Source: Erysipelothrix inopinata
GTDB taxonomy: Bacteria > Bacillota_I > Bacilli_A > Erysipelotrichales > Erysipelotrichaceae
Assembly: GCF_014396165.1 (NCBI RefSeq)
Contig: NZ_CP060715.1
Coordinates: forward strand, 30,001-62,000
Reading direction: 5' to 3'
DNA: 32,000 nt
Below, piece after piece: positions 1 to 8,953 of this stretch (position 1 is the stretch's first letter; every line of letters starts with the position of its first letter). Made by a program: the position numbers and the translations under genes. The notes beneath the pieces were generated by a model. That model worked only from the letters and a program-made list of their open reading frames with translations, was not told the origin of the DNA and did no database searches.

Positions 1-364
1 TACGCGAAACAGGGTTGATAACACGACCATTAATATCCATGAACTTTTCAGTAAATACAGGTCCTAGTCCATCAATCGGTGCACCAGAACCATTAAAGCT
101 TCGCCCTAATATTTCTTCCGACAATCCAATTTCGATGGGTTTCCCAGTAAGTTTTGTCACAACATTATTTTTTGATAGACCATCGGTACTTTCAAAAACT
201 TGAATTAAACAACGATCTCCTTGCATTTCAATAACGCGGCCAAGACGTGTATGACCGGTATCATCAACCAGCTCAACCAGTTCGTCAAATACCGCATTTT
301 CAACACCCTCAATTGCAACAAGAGGACCATTGATACTTGATAAACCTTTAAAATAAATACTCAT
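1..364 (-). CDS. atpB: V-type ATP synthase subunit B, N-terminal ~121 codons (runs off the left window edge)
   Basis: Hand translation of the reverse strand from the ATG at 364-362 gives MSIYFKGLSSINGPLVAIEGVENAVFDELVELVDDTGHTRLGRVIEMQGDRCLIQVFESTDGLS...SFNGSGAPIDGLGP, with no stop before position 1. This is the typical N-terminal barrel region of V/A-ATPase B subunits. AGGAGG (reverse of 369-374) lies just upstream. The gene directly follows subunit A. It is absent from the ORF track because it is open-ended. Confidence 0.85.
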   Translation of the reverse strand, partial: MSIYFKGLSSINGPLVAIEGVENAVFDELVELVDDTGHTRLGRVIEMQGDRCLIQVFESTDGLSKNNVVTKLTGKPIEIGLSEEILGRSFNGSGAPIDGLGPVFTEKFMDINGRVINPVSR

Positions 365-372
365 AGTTCCTC

Positions 373-2109
373 CTACTCAATTGAAGCGAGCGCTTCATCA
401 ATTTTTGTATAGTATGCAGCAAATGCTGACAAGTCTTCATCTACTACATATTTCAATCCAATAATATCATCAAAAATATGTGTTTTAATAATTGCACTCA
501 TTGTCTTTTTAGTTTCTAATACTTCTAAACATTTTGTATGTGTATAGCGAATAAGTTTCAACATTTCATACTGTTTGTTTAAAGATACTGAACTATCGAA
601 TTTATGGAATGCATTTTGTTGGAGATATCCAACTCGAATAACACGCCCCATTTCGAGCGTCAATTTTTGACGATCTGCAAGGACATCTTGTCCAATTAGT
701 TTTACAATTTCCATCAGGCTTGTTTCTTCATTTAAGATTGATAGAATAAATTGGCGACACGCTAAGAACTCATCACCGATATTTTCTTCATACCATAATC
801 CCAATTGAGGTAAATACTCTGAATAACTTTGATTATAGTTAATTGAAGGAAAGTGACGAATATAGGCCAGTGATTTATCAAGTGCCCAAAAACAGCCAAT
901 AAATCGTTGGGTATTTTGCGTTACAGGTTCAGAGAAATCTGCACCTTGTGGAGAAATAGCACCCACAATACTAATGGATCCACGATCACCATTTAAAGTA
1001 TCGACAAAGGAACTTCTTTCATAGAACGCAGCAAGCCTCGATGCAAGATATGCTGGGAATCCTTCTTCCGCAGGCATTTCTTCAAGACGACCTGACAATT
1101 CACGAAGTGCTTCTGCCCAACGAGATGTCGAGTCTGCCATAAGCGCAACATGGTATCCCATATCACGATAATATTCTGCAAATGTGATTCCTGTATAAAT
1201 AGAGGCTTCACGAGCAGCAACAGGCATGTTAGATGTATTCGCAATTAGAATTGTTCTTTCTAAAAGGGTTCTACCTGTTTTAGGGTCAATAAGTTCTGAA
1301 AATTCTTCGAGGACTTGAGCCATCTCATTACCACGTTCACCACATCCAATATAAACAATAATATCGGCATCACACCATTTTGCAAGTTGGTGTTGAAGCA
1401 TGGTCTTTCCTGCTCCAAAACCTCCAGGAATTGCTGCACTACCCCCTTTTACGATCGGGAATAACGTATCAATAACACGTTGTCCTGTAATCAAAGGAAC
1501 TTTCGCATCAATACGCGCCTTGACAGGACGTTCTTGGCGAATAGGATGATGATGCGACAAGGTTACTGTATGGCCATTATCAAGCGTGTAAAGTACTTCA
1601 TCTAAACGGTAATTGCCATCTTGAGCACGTTCTTTAATAACACCTGTTTCAGGTGCCATAAGGCGATGTTCAATTGAACCTGTTTCTGAGAATGTAGCAA
1701 ATATTTGCCCTTTTTTAATCTCAGCTCCTGCTTCCACTATAAAGTGAACTGGCCATTCCTTATCTTCTGGAAGGGTACGCATGGATTGTCCCACATCAAG
1801 ATATGACCCATATTTTTTGGATATCCCTTGCAGTGGACGACCAATACCATCATAAATATTTCCGAGAAGGCCCGGTCCGAGTTCAATTGTAAGTGGTCTG
1901 TGCGTGTGCTCAATAGGTTCACCAATCTTCATGGAAGATGTCGATTCATAAACCTGGATGGTTACAAATGCATCATCAATTGCGATGACTTCTCCCAATA
2001 ATTTTCGATTTCCTACATACACCATTTCTGACATCATAAAGTTATCAACATCGCGACTTTTAATGATCGGTCCGTTAATCCAATATACTGAACTTGTCAT
2101 TAAATCCAT
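373..2109 (-). CDS. atpA: V-type ATP synthase catalytic subunit A
   Basis: The 578-aa ORF has Walker [10 protein letters not shown], a non-homologous insert region typical of V/A-type A subunits, and motifs GERGNEM and [16 protein letters not shown]. It overlaps the subunit E stop by 10 nt. Confidence 0.95.
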   Translation of the reverse strand: MDLMTSSVYWINGPIIKSRDVDNFMMSEMVYVGNRKLLGEVIAIDDAFVTIQVYESTSSMKIGEPIEHTHRPLTIELGPGLLGNIYDGIGRPLQGISKKYGSYLDVGQSMRTLPEDKEWPVHFIVEAGAEIKKGQIFATFSETGSIEHRLMAPETGVIKERAQDGNYRLDEVLYTLDNGHTVTLSHHHPIRQERPVKARIDAKVPLITGQRVIDTLFPIVKGGSAAIPGGFGAGKTMLQHQLAKWCDADIIVYIGCGERGNEMAQVLEEFSELIDPKTGRTLLERTILIANTSNMPVAAREASIYTGITFAEYYRDMGYHVALMADSTSRWAEALRELSGRLEEMPAEEGFPAYLASRLAAFYERSSFVDTLNGDRGSISIVGAISPQGADFSEPVTQNTQRFIGCFWALDKSLAYIRHFPSINYNQSYSEYLPQLGLWYEENIGDEFLACRQFILSILNEETSLMEIVKLIGQDVLADRQKLTLEMGRVIRVGYLQQNAFHKFDSSVSLNKQYEMLKLIRYTHTKCLEVLETKKTMSAIIKTHIFDDIIGLKYVVDEDLSAFAAYYTKIDEALASIE

Positions 2110-2669
2110 AATTGACTCTCCTTTACGAATGTTTCCATCGCGTTATTAAAACGCGTTAGTAGTGAGTAATCATATACTTTAGTTTTGGTTTCAAAAATAA
2201 TGCCACCTAACTCTAAATCTTGCGACACACATGACACTTGTTTATTATTAAGTAACTTAAAATCCTGTTCTCTAAGCTTAAACACACCTTCTTGATCGAT
2301 GCCTTGCTCTTGAATATTCTTCACAACATCATTAAGGTAAACTTTATAATCGTCACTCTCTAAAAACTTGAGGATATTATTTTTCATATCCGCTTCAAAT
2401 TTATTAAAGAGTTCGAGACGATGTTGACGTAATTTTTGTGACACACTGAAACGCAACTCAGATTCTTGTGTTGAACGTTTCTTTTCTTCACGTTTACGAA
2501 TTGTTTCTATTTTTTGATTAATTGAAAGTTCGACTTGTGATCGATAATCATCAATTTCTTTTTGGACTGTGTTTTGGTATTCATTTTCCATTTTTAAAGT
2601 GGTAGCTTCCACTTCACTAATAATCGAATCAACAATTGATTCCGACATTTTTTGTTTTTCTCCGGACAT
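2100..2669 (-). CDS. atpE: V-type ATP synthase subunit E (peripheral stalk)
   Basis: 189 aa. It has a long charged N-terminal helix and a C-terminal globular part with ELGGIIFETKTKVYDYSLLTRF, which resembles the GGv..e..g.i..d.T motif of E subunits. Its position is directly before subunit A. Confidence 0.8.
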   Translation of the reverse strand: MSGEKQKMSESIVDSIISEVEATTLKMENEYQNTVQKEIDDYRSQVELSINQKIETIRKREEKKRSTQESELRFSVSQKLRQHRLELFNKFEADMKNNILKFLESDDYKVYLNDVVKNIQEQGIDQEGVFKLREQDFKLLNNKQVSCVSQDLELGGIIFETKTKVYDYSLLTRFNNAMETFVKESQLWI

Positions 2670-2978
2670 TTATACCACCTTCCCAATTATTTTAGCAATC
2701 GTTTCATCAATCATCGATTGAACTTCATGAGATTGATGTCGATCTGATACTTCTACAATCAAGGGACTTGTTAGATTCAATTTCATATCTAATAAGTGCT
2801 CGCGATCCATATCAAAGACCACACTTGTCAGTAAAAGAATCCCAATATCCTCTTGATTAAGTACATTTTCGAGTGCTTCTTTTAAACTGTTTTGATCATG
2901 AACAACAACGCCTTCGATGCCTGCAAGTCGCATACCCATCTGTGTATCAACGTTGTCGCTGATGAGATACATTCTCAT
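2670..2978 (-). CDS. atpF: V-type ATP synthase subunit F
   Basis: 102 aa. MRMYLISDNVDTQMGMRLAGIEG matches the (I/V)xGDxDTxxGFxLAGI N-terminus of V-type F subunits. ATGA overlap with the subunit K stop (2975-2978). Confidence 0.85.
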   Translation of the reverse strand: MRMYLISDNVDTQMGMRLAGIEGVVVHDQNSLKEALENVLNQEDIGILLLTSVVFDMDREHLLDMKLNLTSPLIVEVSDRHQSHEVQSMIDETIAKIIGKVV

Positions 2979-3409
2979 AATTTTCCGATAATTTGAATCG
3001 CGATAAGAAGTCCGTAAATAGCAACCCCTTCAGCAAGCGCAACGAAAATCATTGCTTTACCAAAGTTTTCACTGTTTTCAGAGATAGCGCCAATCGCTGC
3101 TGGTGCAGCTTGACCTACAGCATATCCAGCACCAATAACAGATGCACTAACAGCAATCGCTGCAGCAATAAATCCCATACCTTGAGCTGTACTTCCTTGG
3201 AAAGCTGCATTCGCAACTTCATCAGCATGTGTAACACCTGATATTAATACAATTCCTAGTAATGATGCAAAGAATGTTGATACTTGCATCCAAACTCTAA
3301 ATTTAGCATTCTTTGGATCCACTTTCTTTTGGAAAACGGGAATCAATGGTACTGTAATCAACGCAATTAATGCGATGGGTCCTAAAATTTCAAACATATT
3401 TAAATTCAT
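2975..3409 (-). CDS. atpK: V-type ATP synthase proteolipid subunit K (c-ring)
   Basis: 144 aa. The C-terminal 70 aa form one c-subunit hairpin: GMGFIAAAIAVSASVIGAGYAVGQAAPAAIGAI, loop SENSENFGK, then AMIFVALAEGVAIYGLLIAIQII with the membrane Glu. About 60 N-terminal aa form two extra hydrophobic helices. A strong AGGAGG lies 8 nt upstream of the ATG at 3409. Confidence 0.9.
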   Translation of the reverse strand: MNLNMFEILGPIALIALITVPLIPVFQKKVDPKNAKFRVWMQVSTFFASLLGIVLISGVTHADEVANAAFQGSTAQGMGFIAAAIAVSASVIGAGYAVGQAAPAAIGAISENSENFGKAMIFVALAEGVAIYGLLIAIQIIGKL

Positions 3410-3421
3410 TTTTCTATCCTC

Positions 3422-5218
3422 CTAGATTGCTGTTTTAAATGGTTTTCCGCCGCCATCATAATAGCGACTGAACATTTCATAATATTCTAAACGCAAGGTT
3501 TGAATCCCAACGATTAAACCTTCCAAGCCAATAACAATAATATTACCGACAATCACAACTAGCAATCCGCCAGCTCCAGACATTTCTTTAAGTGTCATAA
3601 CAACTGACATCATCCCAGCATGACTCAATACGAATCCACCAACACGAAGAAACGACATCGTATTGGTTACAAAACTTAAGGCTACTTCAAAGAGTTCAAA
3701 AATACTTTCTGAGAAGTAAGCTCCCCATCCTTCATGAGGTTTCATACTCATATTTTGAATGAGATGGGTCAGAGGTTCTTTAAGTAAGATAACCCCTAAC
3801 GGTAATACGATACAAAGTACAATTGTAATAGGATTCATGATATCAATACCTGACTTAAACTTAAGCGCCATGTATGTCATGATAAACCCATAGAATATAA
3901 AGCCTGCAAGACCGTTTTGACTGAACAATGCGCGATCAAATTGTTTGCGTCTGAGAGAAACAAGAATATTAATAAGTATCGAACAAAGAATTAATATGGT
4001 TCCTAACGCGACAGACGCTAATAAAAGATTGGTTGTGAAGTCAGGACTTGCAACATGTATCGGTAATCCAAACGGTTCTAGTAGTGGTTCTAACAGTGTT
4101 TCATTTCCAAATACTGAACCATAAAGTGTCCCAAATAGCATTGAGAATGCACCAATACGAATCGCTACTTTACCAAGTTGCATACCCTTTTTATTACCAA
4201 AATATAAACCAAGTAGAACGAGCACAAGTCCTTGTCCTAAATCCCCGAACATAATTCCGAATAATAAGGAATAAGTAATTGAGAAGAATAACGTCGGATC
4301 AAAGGCACCATATTGTGGTAATCCATACATACTTACCAAACTCTCAAATGGTGCTGAAAACCAACCATTCTTTAAACGAGTAGGCGGTGTTACATTCGTT
4401 TGAGCATTCGCCTCAAATTCTTTAACTTCGACAGAGTCATCAAAGATTGACTCAAACTTAGTAATTTTATCTTCGGGCACAAAGCCACTCAGGTAAACGC
4501 GATTTTCATAAACTGCAATATATTTGTAAAAGACTTCTTTCTTTGCTTGTGAACGCAAATATCCATAAACATTTTGGAATGTCTTTAGATCATTTTCATC
4601 AATTGAAATATCACTTAATTCAGTAGGTATTGCAATGGGTTCAAAATAAAGTGACTCAAACATTTCTTGGAACATCTCTCTATCTTGTTCTAAGCAAACG
4701 TATAAAATCCAAGTATATTGTTTTGTTTTATGAAGTGGTGTGAATACAAATCTTTCTTTATTGTAATCACTAATCTTTGAAAGAGATCCGTTTGGAATTC
4801 TCCCAAAGTTCATGCCTATAAAACTATCTTCAATAGAATCTAACGGATATTCACGTAATTTTTTAATAGCAGTTTTATCATCTTCAGTTAAGCTTGATAA
4901 TGATGATTCTTGACTGTGTAACGTCTTGTACCACGACTCCGCATTACGAATACTTGCCTCAATTTCATCAAAGGTAAATCGTTCTTTTTCATTGGAACTT
5001 AAATCTAAATTTAAATCTTGCGCAATACGATCACACCGCGAGAGATAGCCATCATAAACACGATCGTTAGGGTAAACATAGCCGCCATCCTCTTCTTGAA
5101 TCATCGTAGTCGCAAGTTCAGGATGAAAATTTGGGCATGTCATTACACTTTCAATCAACGGCATCACTTGATCCGGAGTGGTTGAAGCTACAACGAGCTT
5201 CATCTTTTCTATTGCCAT
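3422..5218 (-). CDS. atpI: V-type ATP synthase subunit I (a-subunit, stator/ion channel)
   Basis: 598 aa. A soluble N-terminal half is followed by a polytopic C-terminal half containing LRVGGFVLSH and RLEYYEMFSRYY, which match the conserved Arg-containing helix regions of I/a subunits. GGAGGTGAGAGA lies upstream of the ATG. Confidence 0.9.
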   Translation of the reverse strand: MAIEKMKLVVASTTPDQVMPLIESVMTCPNFHPELATTMIQEEDGGYVYPNDRVYDGYLSRCDRIAQDLNLDLSSNEKERFTFDEIEASIRNAESWYKTLHSQESSLSSLTEDDKTAIKKLREYPLDSIEDSFIGMNFGRIPNGSLSKISDYNKERFVFTPLHKTKQYTWILYVCLEQDREMFQEMFESLYFEPIAIPTELSDISIDENDLKTFQNVYGYLRSQAKKEVFYKYIAVYENRVYLSGFVPEDKITKFESIFDDSVEVKEFEANAQTNVTPPTRLKNGWFSAPFESLVSMYGLPQYGAFDPTLFFSITYSLLFGIMFGDLGQGLVLVLLGLYFGNKKGMQLGKVAIRIGAFSMLFGTLYGSVFGNETLLEPLLEPFGLPIHVASPDFTTNLLLASVALGTILILCSILINILVSLRRKQFDRALFSQNGLAGFIFYGFIMTYMALKFKSGIDIMNPITIVLCIVLPLGVILLKEPLTHLIQNMSMKPHEGWGAYFSESIFELFEVALSFVTNTMSFLRVGGFVLSHAGMMSVVMTLKEMSGAGGLLVVIVGNIIVIGLEGLIVGIQTLRLEYYEMFSRYYDGGGKPFKTAI

Positions 5219-5229
5219 TCTCTCACCTC

Positions 5230-6243
5230 CTAAATTATGAGTATTTTCTTAATCTCATCTGCATTAATTTGATATCGTACACCTTCAATAATTTGAACGA
5301 TGTTGTCGATTTCATTCTTTAATATATACATATAAGCATATAAAACCACATTGGTATTCTGCGAAAAACGTAACATATGAACCATGATTTGATGACGAAT
5401 TACATCCATATAGTATTCAATATGTTGATTCCCTTCAAAATCAGTATATTTACCATAAGGTGACTCTCTTAAAGCATCCAACATCTCGCGCCCATTTTTG
5501 TTATCAATCCAATCATTTAAAGTCTTCTCAGATATATAATATGGTTTCGAGTGAACTCTTGCTCTAATTTCTCGAGGTGAAGCATTAAAGAAACGCTTCA
5601 TTCGATATATTTGAGCGAGTGTTGTCAGTTCATCATGAATCAAGAATATCGCCGATACTTCTTTAGCATTGGGTTCTTGTTTTACCAGATTATGAACACT
5701 GTCATTGTAGTGTACCTTAAGTGCTTGTTCGCAAGCAACCAAATCAGCAGGTTCTTCAAGTAATGGAGCCAGCACTTTGTAGTAGTCGGTGTTCTCTAAT
5801 ACAGCCAACAAATCTTCATAGGTTGTAGCCTTTGCTAAATCAACCACATCAAACGCCAAATACTTGTTGAGGTTAATAATGTAGAGATCCACATTATGAA
5901 CAACATGTGCTTGAATTGAATGGAGACAATACATGATTTGTTCTGTTTCACGAAATCTTGTATAAAATTCATAAAAGTGAACTTTAGAGTCTTTCATATA
6001 TCGAATCAGTGATAAGAACTCTTGTTGTGATTTATGTCGAATACATTGTTCTAGTAAGTCACGATGAATTGACTTCTCATTAATTCCATCCAATACGACT
6101 GAATAACGTGTTTCTTGCTTGAGATATGATGCAAGACTTGGAACATCCGCCATTCCCATCATCGATTCAAATTGTGACATGGTTAAGTGTTGACTATACA
6201 AAGAGCGTGCTTTAGCAGACATTGCATAATCATTCGCCATCAA
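5230..6243 (-). CDS. atpC: V-type ATP synthase subunit C (d-type, rotor socket)
   Basis: 337 aa and all-helical. The N-terminus Y..SAKARSLYSQHLTMSQFESMM...LASYLKQETRY follows the AC39/C-subunit pattern. Size and operon context fit. Confidence 0.8.
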   Translation of the reverse strand: MMANDYAMSAKARSLYSQHLTMSQFESMMGMADVPSLASYLKQETRYSVVLDGINEKSIHRDLLEQCIRHKSQQEFLSLIRYMKDSKVHFYEFYTRFRETEQIMYCLHSIQAHVVHNVDLYIINLNKYLAFDVVDLAKATTYEDLLAVLENTDYYKVLAPLLEEPADLVACEQALKVHYNDSVHNLVKQEPNAKEVSAIFLIHDELTTLAQIYRMKRFFNASPREIRARVHSKPYYISEKTLNDWIDNKNGREMLDALRESPYGKYTDFEGNQHIEYYMDVIRHQIMVHMLRFSQNTNVVLYAYMYILKNEIDNIVQIIEGVRYQINADEIKKILII

Positions 6244-6550
6244 ACTTCACAATCCTTTCCATGAGTTCTGGTTCCCACTTGAGGCAAGCTTGAGCAAATC
6301 GATTATTTAAATCTTTAACACGCTCATCATATTCACTATTATAAATCGGCAACAAGCGGTCATATTCTTTTTCAGACTCCTCATAAATAGCTGAGGATTC
6401 TCTTTCAAATATTTCATTTAATGTTACATCGATTGTCTTTTTTAAAGCCTCAAAGTGTTTTTCATCATTGACACGATTCATATCCTGTTCAACCATTTTT
6501 CGCTTCGCATTTTTATTCGCTTCCAATATCTTTAAAATGTGATCATCCAT
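6230..6550 (-). CDS. Small coiled-coil protein, first gene of the V-ATPase operon (possible G/H-type peripheral-stalk subunit)
   Basis: 106 aa, highly charged and helical. It overlaps the subunit C start by 14 nt. AAGGAGGAACGGTTT lies before the ATG at 6550. The assignment rests only on size, composition and position. Confidence 0.4.
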   Translation of the reverse strand: MDDHILKILEANKNAKRKMVEQDMNRVNDEKHFEALKKTIDVTLNEIFERESSAIYEESEKEYDRLLPIYNSEYDERVKDLNNRFAQACLKWEPELMERIVKFDGE

Positions 6551-6583
6551 AAACCGTTCCTCCTTGTGAAAAAGACATATTTA

Positions 6584-6612
6584 ATAATACTCCTATATTT
6601 TTATGATTTCAA
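6584..6612 (-). promoter_or_regulatory. Candidate sigma-A promoter of the V-ATPase operon
   Basis: On the minus strand: TTGAAA (6612-6607), a 17-nt spacer, then TATTAT (6589-6584), about 30 nt upstream of the first ATG. Confidence 0.5.
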
Positions 6613-6621
6613 TAAAATACA

Positions 6622-6650
6622 TTTCAATTTTTTTTTGAATTTGATATAAT
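6622..6650 (+). promoter_or_regulatory. Candidate promoter of tRNA-Ser (extended -10)
   Basis: TGaTATAAT at 6642-6650, 11 nt before the tRNA 5' end. There is a weak -35-like TTTCAA at 6622-6627. It sits back-to-back with the V-ATPase promoter. Confidence 0.55.
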
Positions 6651-6661
6651 GGTTGAGTTAT

Positions 6662-6750
6662 GGAGAAGTACCCAAGAGGCTGAAGGGGTCGGTCTCGAAA
6701 ACCGATAGGAGTTAACGCTCGCGAGGGTTCAAATCCCTCCTTCTCCGCCA
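6662..6750 (+). tRNA. tRNA-Ser (anticodon CGA), class II with long variable arm, CCA encoded
   Basis: Folded by hand. Acceptor GGAGAAG/CTTCTCC. 3-bp D stem CCC/GGG. Anticodon stem TCGGT/ACCGA with loop CTCGAAA (anticodon CGA). Long variable arm. T arm GAGGG-TTCAAAT-CCCTC. Discriminator G followed by CCA. Confidence 0.93.
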
Positions 6751-6760
6751 TATATAAATT

Positions 6761-6797
6761 ACACCTTCATGGTTATTATACCACGGAGGTTTTTTAT
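6761..6797 (+). terminator. Rho-independent terminator after tRNA-Ser
   Basis: ACCTTCATGG (6762-6771) pairs with CCACGGAGGT (6781-6790) with one G-U and one mismatch. It is followed by TTTTTTATT. Confidence 0.6.
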
Positions 6798-6902
6798 TCG
6801 TTATTTTATAGATTAGTTGTCAAAGTTTTATTCTTTAACAATGAAGTTAACCTCATATCTTAATCATACAAATAACACTTAAAATTTTCAAATCATATTC
6901 AT

Positions 6903-6939
6903 TAAAAATAATGCAGCATCCTATTGACACTGCATTATT
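6903..6939 (-). terminator. Rho-independent terminator after oppF
   Basis: Perfect 10-bp stem AATAATGCAG (6907-6916) / CTGCATTATT (6930-6939). On the minus strand it runs into TTTTTAAT. Confidence 0.65.
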
Positions 6940-6946
6940 AACCTTT

Positions 6947-7873
6947 CTATTGAGTCCAAGCTTTAACTTCTTCATCCGTTCCTAAAACATAATGACTCCC
7001 CTCAATATGATGCGAGGTTCCCGCTTCATAATGAATGCCACTTGTTTCATAATCATAAGAAAATGATTTTCGATTCTTTTCAACACGGGGGTTGGGGGAT
7101 GGAATAGCACTGAGAAGAGACTTAGTATAAGGATGAATTGGGTTGGTAAATATTTCTTCAGTTGTTCCCGTTTCCACAAGATGCCCAAGATGCAATACAC
7201 CAATACGATCAGATATATATTTAACCATGCTCAGATCATGAGCAATAAATAAATAAGCCGTATTTGTTTCTTTTTGAATCTTTCGCATCAAGTTTACAAC
7301 TTGCGCCTGAATGGATACATCCAGTGCTGAGATTGCTTCATCTGCAATAATCAAATCTGGATTCATAATTAATGCGCGTGCAATTCCAATTCTTTGACGC
7401 TGTCCACCAGAGAACTGATGTGGAAACCGTGTTGCATGCTCTGCAGATAACCCTACCATTTCAAGAATTTCGTATACCTTCGCATCACGTTCTTCTTTTG
7501 TTTGAGTCATTTTATGGATATCCAGTCCTTGAGCGACAATATCAATCACCTTTTTACGAGGATTCAAGCTTGCCATTGGGTCTTGAAATATCATTTGCAT
7601 TTTCGTATTCAAGAGACGTTGGGTATCTTTGTCTAACTTTTTTGATATTTCCTGACCGTTGAATAGTACCGTACCTGATGTTGGTTCATACAAGCGAATA
7701 ATACTGCGTCCTGTTGTTGATTTTCCCGATCCTGATTCTCCTACAAGACTGTAGGTTTCTCCAGGATAAATTTCGAAAGAGATACCATCAACAGCTTTAA
7801 CTGTGAATTTTGATGACACTTTAAAATGTTGTTTTAAATCACGAACTTCCAGTATTGGTGTCTTAGTTGTCAT
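6947..7873 (-). CDS. oppF: Oligopeptide ABC transporter ATP-binding protein OppF
   Basis: 308 aa. Walker [10 protein letters not shown], signature FSGGQRQR, Walker [13 protein letters not shown], and the C-terminal oligopeptide-type extension ([12 protein letters not shown]). Confidence 0.9.
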   Translation of the reverse strand: MTTKTPILEVRDLKQHFKVSSKFTVKAVDGISFEIYPGETYSLVGESGSGKSTTGRSIIRLYEPTSGTVLFNGQEISKKLDKDTQRLLNTKMQMIFQDPMASLNPRKKVIDIVAQGLDIHKMTQTKEERDAKVYEILEMVGLSAEHATRFPHQFSGGQRQRIGIARALIMNPDLIIADEAISALDVSIQAQVVNLMRKIQKETNTAYLFIAHDLSMVKYISDRIGVLHLGHLVETGTTEEIFTNPIHPYTKSLLSAIPSPNPRVEKNRKSFSYDYETSGIHYEAGTSHHIEGSHYVLGTDEEVKAWTQ

Positions 7874-8945
7874 AGTATCCTGCTTCCTTTCTCATTTTCT
7901 CAAGTCTTTTTTGCAATGCTACAGGTGGTTGTACCTTAGGGGCATTTTCATGCATCAGCCACGAAGCAACACGATGACTTCCGCCTGCATCAAAGAGTGG
8001 TGGTTCTACTCTAAAATCGATATTAAGAGCATACTCATTTCGAGGCGCGAAAGCATCCCCTTGGATTGGTTTCGCAAGATTGGGAGGTGTACCCGGAATG
8101 GTGTACAACTCATCATCATTCAGTTCGACATCAGGCATGGCTGAGAGCAATCCCCAAGTATAGGGGTGACGCGGATTGTAGAAAACCTCATCAATACTTC
8201 CCTTTTCCACAATTCTTCCAGCGTACATAACAGCCACATAATCCGCAACTTTAGCAACAACACCTAAATCATGGGTGATATAAATGACGGAAAGATTTTT
8301 CTCTTTTTGAATATCTTGAATTAACTCAAGAATCTTCGCTTGTATCGTCACATCAAGAGCAGTAGTCGGTTCATCACAGATAAGAATTTCTGGATCACAA
8401 CTTAATGCAATCGCAATAACTATCCTTTGGCGCATCCCACCAGACAATTGATGCGGATAGTTTTTCAATCTTTTTTCAGCATCTGTAATTCCAACGCGAT
8501 CCAAGAGTTCAATAGCTCGTTTTCTTGCTTCTTCTTTAGAGTATCCATAGTGATAAATCATAGCTTCCATAACTTGTTTCCCAATCGTCATCGTAGGGTT
8601 GAGGGATGTCATAGGATCTTGGAAGACCATCGCAATGCGTTTTCCACGAATTTGATTAGACATTTCTTTATTCGTAAGTTTAAGTAAGTCTGTAGTAACA
8701 GCATTTCCAGATTCATCTGTGTACGTGTAATCAATTGACCCACCATTCACATAACCATTACCACTTAGAATCCCCATAATAGCTTTCGTGGTGACCGATT
8801 TACCCGATCCTGATTCTCCAACGATAGCAAGTGTTTCACCTCTAAAGAGATCCAAACGAATGCCACGAATTGCATCCACGGCTTCATTGTCAGTTTTAAA
8901 AGAAATGGCTAAGTCTCTTATTTTAAGTACATTTTCTTTAGTCAT
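7863..8945 (-). CDS. oppD: Oligopeptide ABC transporter ATP-binding protein OppD
   Basis: 360 aa. [41 protein letters not shown]. It overlaps the oppF start by 11 nt. Confidence 0.9.
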   Translation of the reverse strand: MTKENVLKIRDLAISFKTDNEAVDAIRGIRLDLFRGETLAIVGESGSGKSVTTKAIMGILSGNGYVNGGSIDYTYTDESGNAVTTDLLKLTNKEMSNQIRGKRIAMVFQDPMTSLNPTMTIGKQVMEAMIYHYGYSKEEARKRAIELLDRVGITDAEKRLKNYPHQLSGGMRQRIVIAIALSCDPEILICDEPTTALDVTIQAKILELIQDIQKEKNLSVIYITHDLGVVAKVADYVAVMYAGRIVEKGSIDEVFYNPRHPYTWGLLSAMPDVELNDDELYTIPGTPPNLAKPIQGDAFAPRNEYALNIDFRVEPPLFDAGGSHRVASWLMHENAPKVQPPVALQKRLEKMRKEAGYYDN

Positions 8946-8953
8946 AATTCCAC

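Noticed and set aside
15-203. 62-aa plus-strand ORF at the left edge.
   Set aside because: It is antisense to the clearly recognisable N-terminus of V-ATPase subunit B.
6888-6895. TTCAAATC, matching 8 nt of the tRNA-Ser T-arm about 140 nt downstream, considered as a possible att remnant of an island.
   Set aside because: An 8-nt match is expected by chance. There is no integrase, no longer direct repeat, and the flanking genes are housekeeping.
1-6946. The V-ATPase block next to a tRNA gene as a horizontally acquired island.
   Set aside because: There are no mobility genes, no flanking repeats, and no obvious compositional break visible by eye. Orientation and coupling are the same as in the surrounding core genes.
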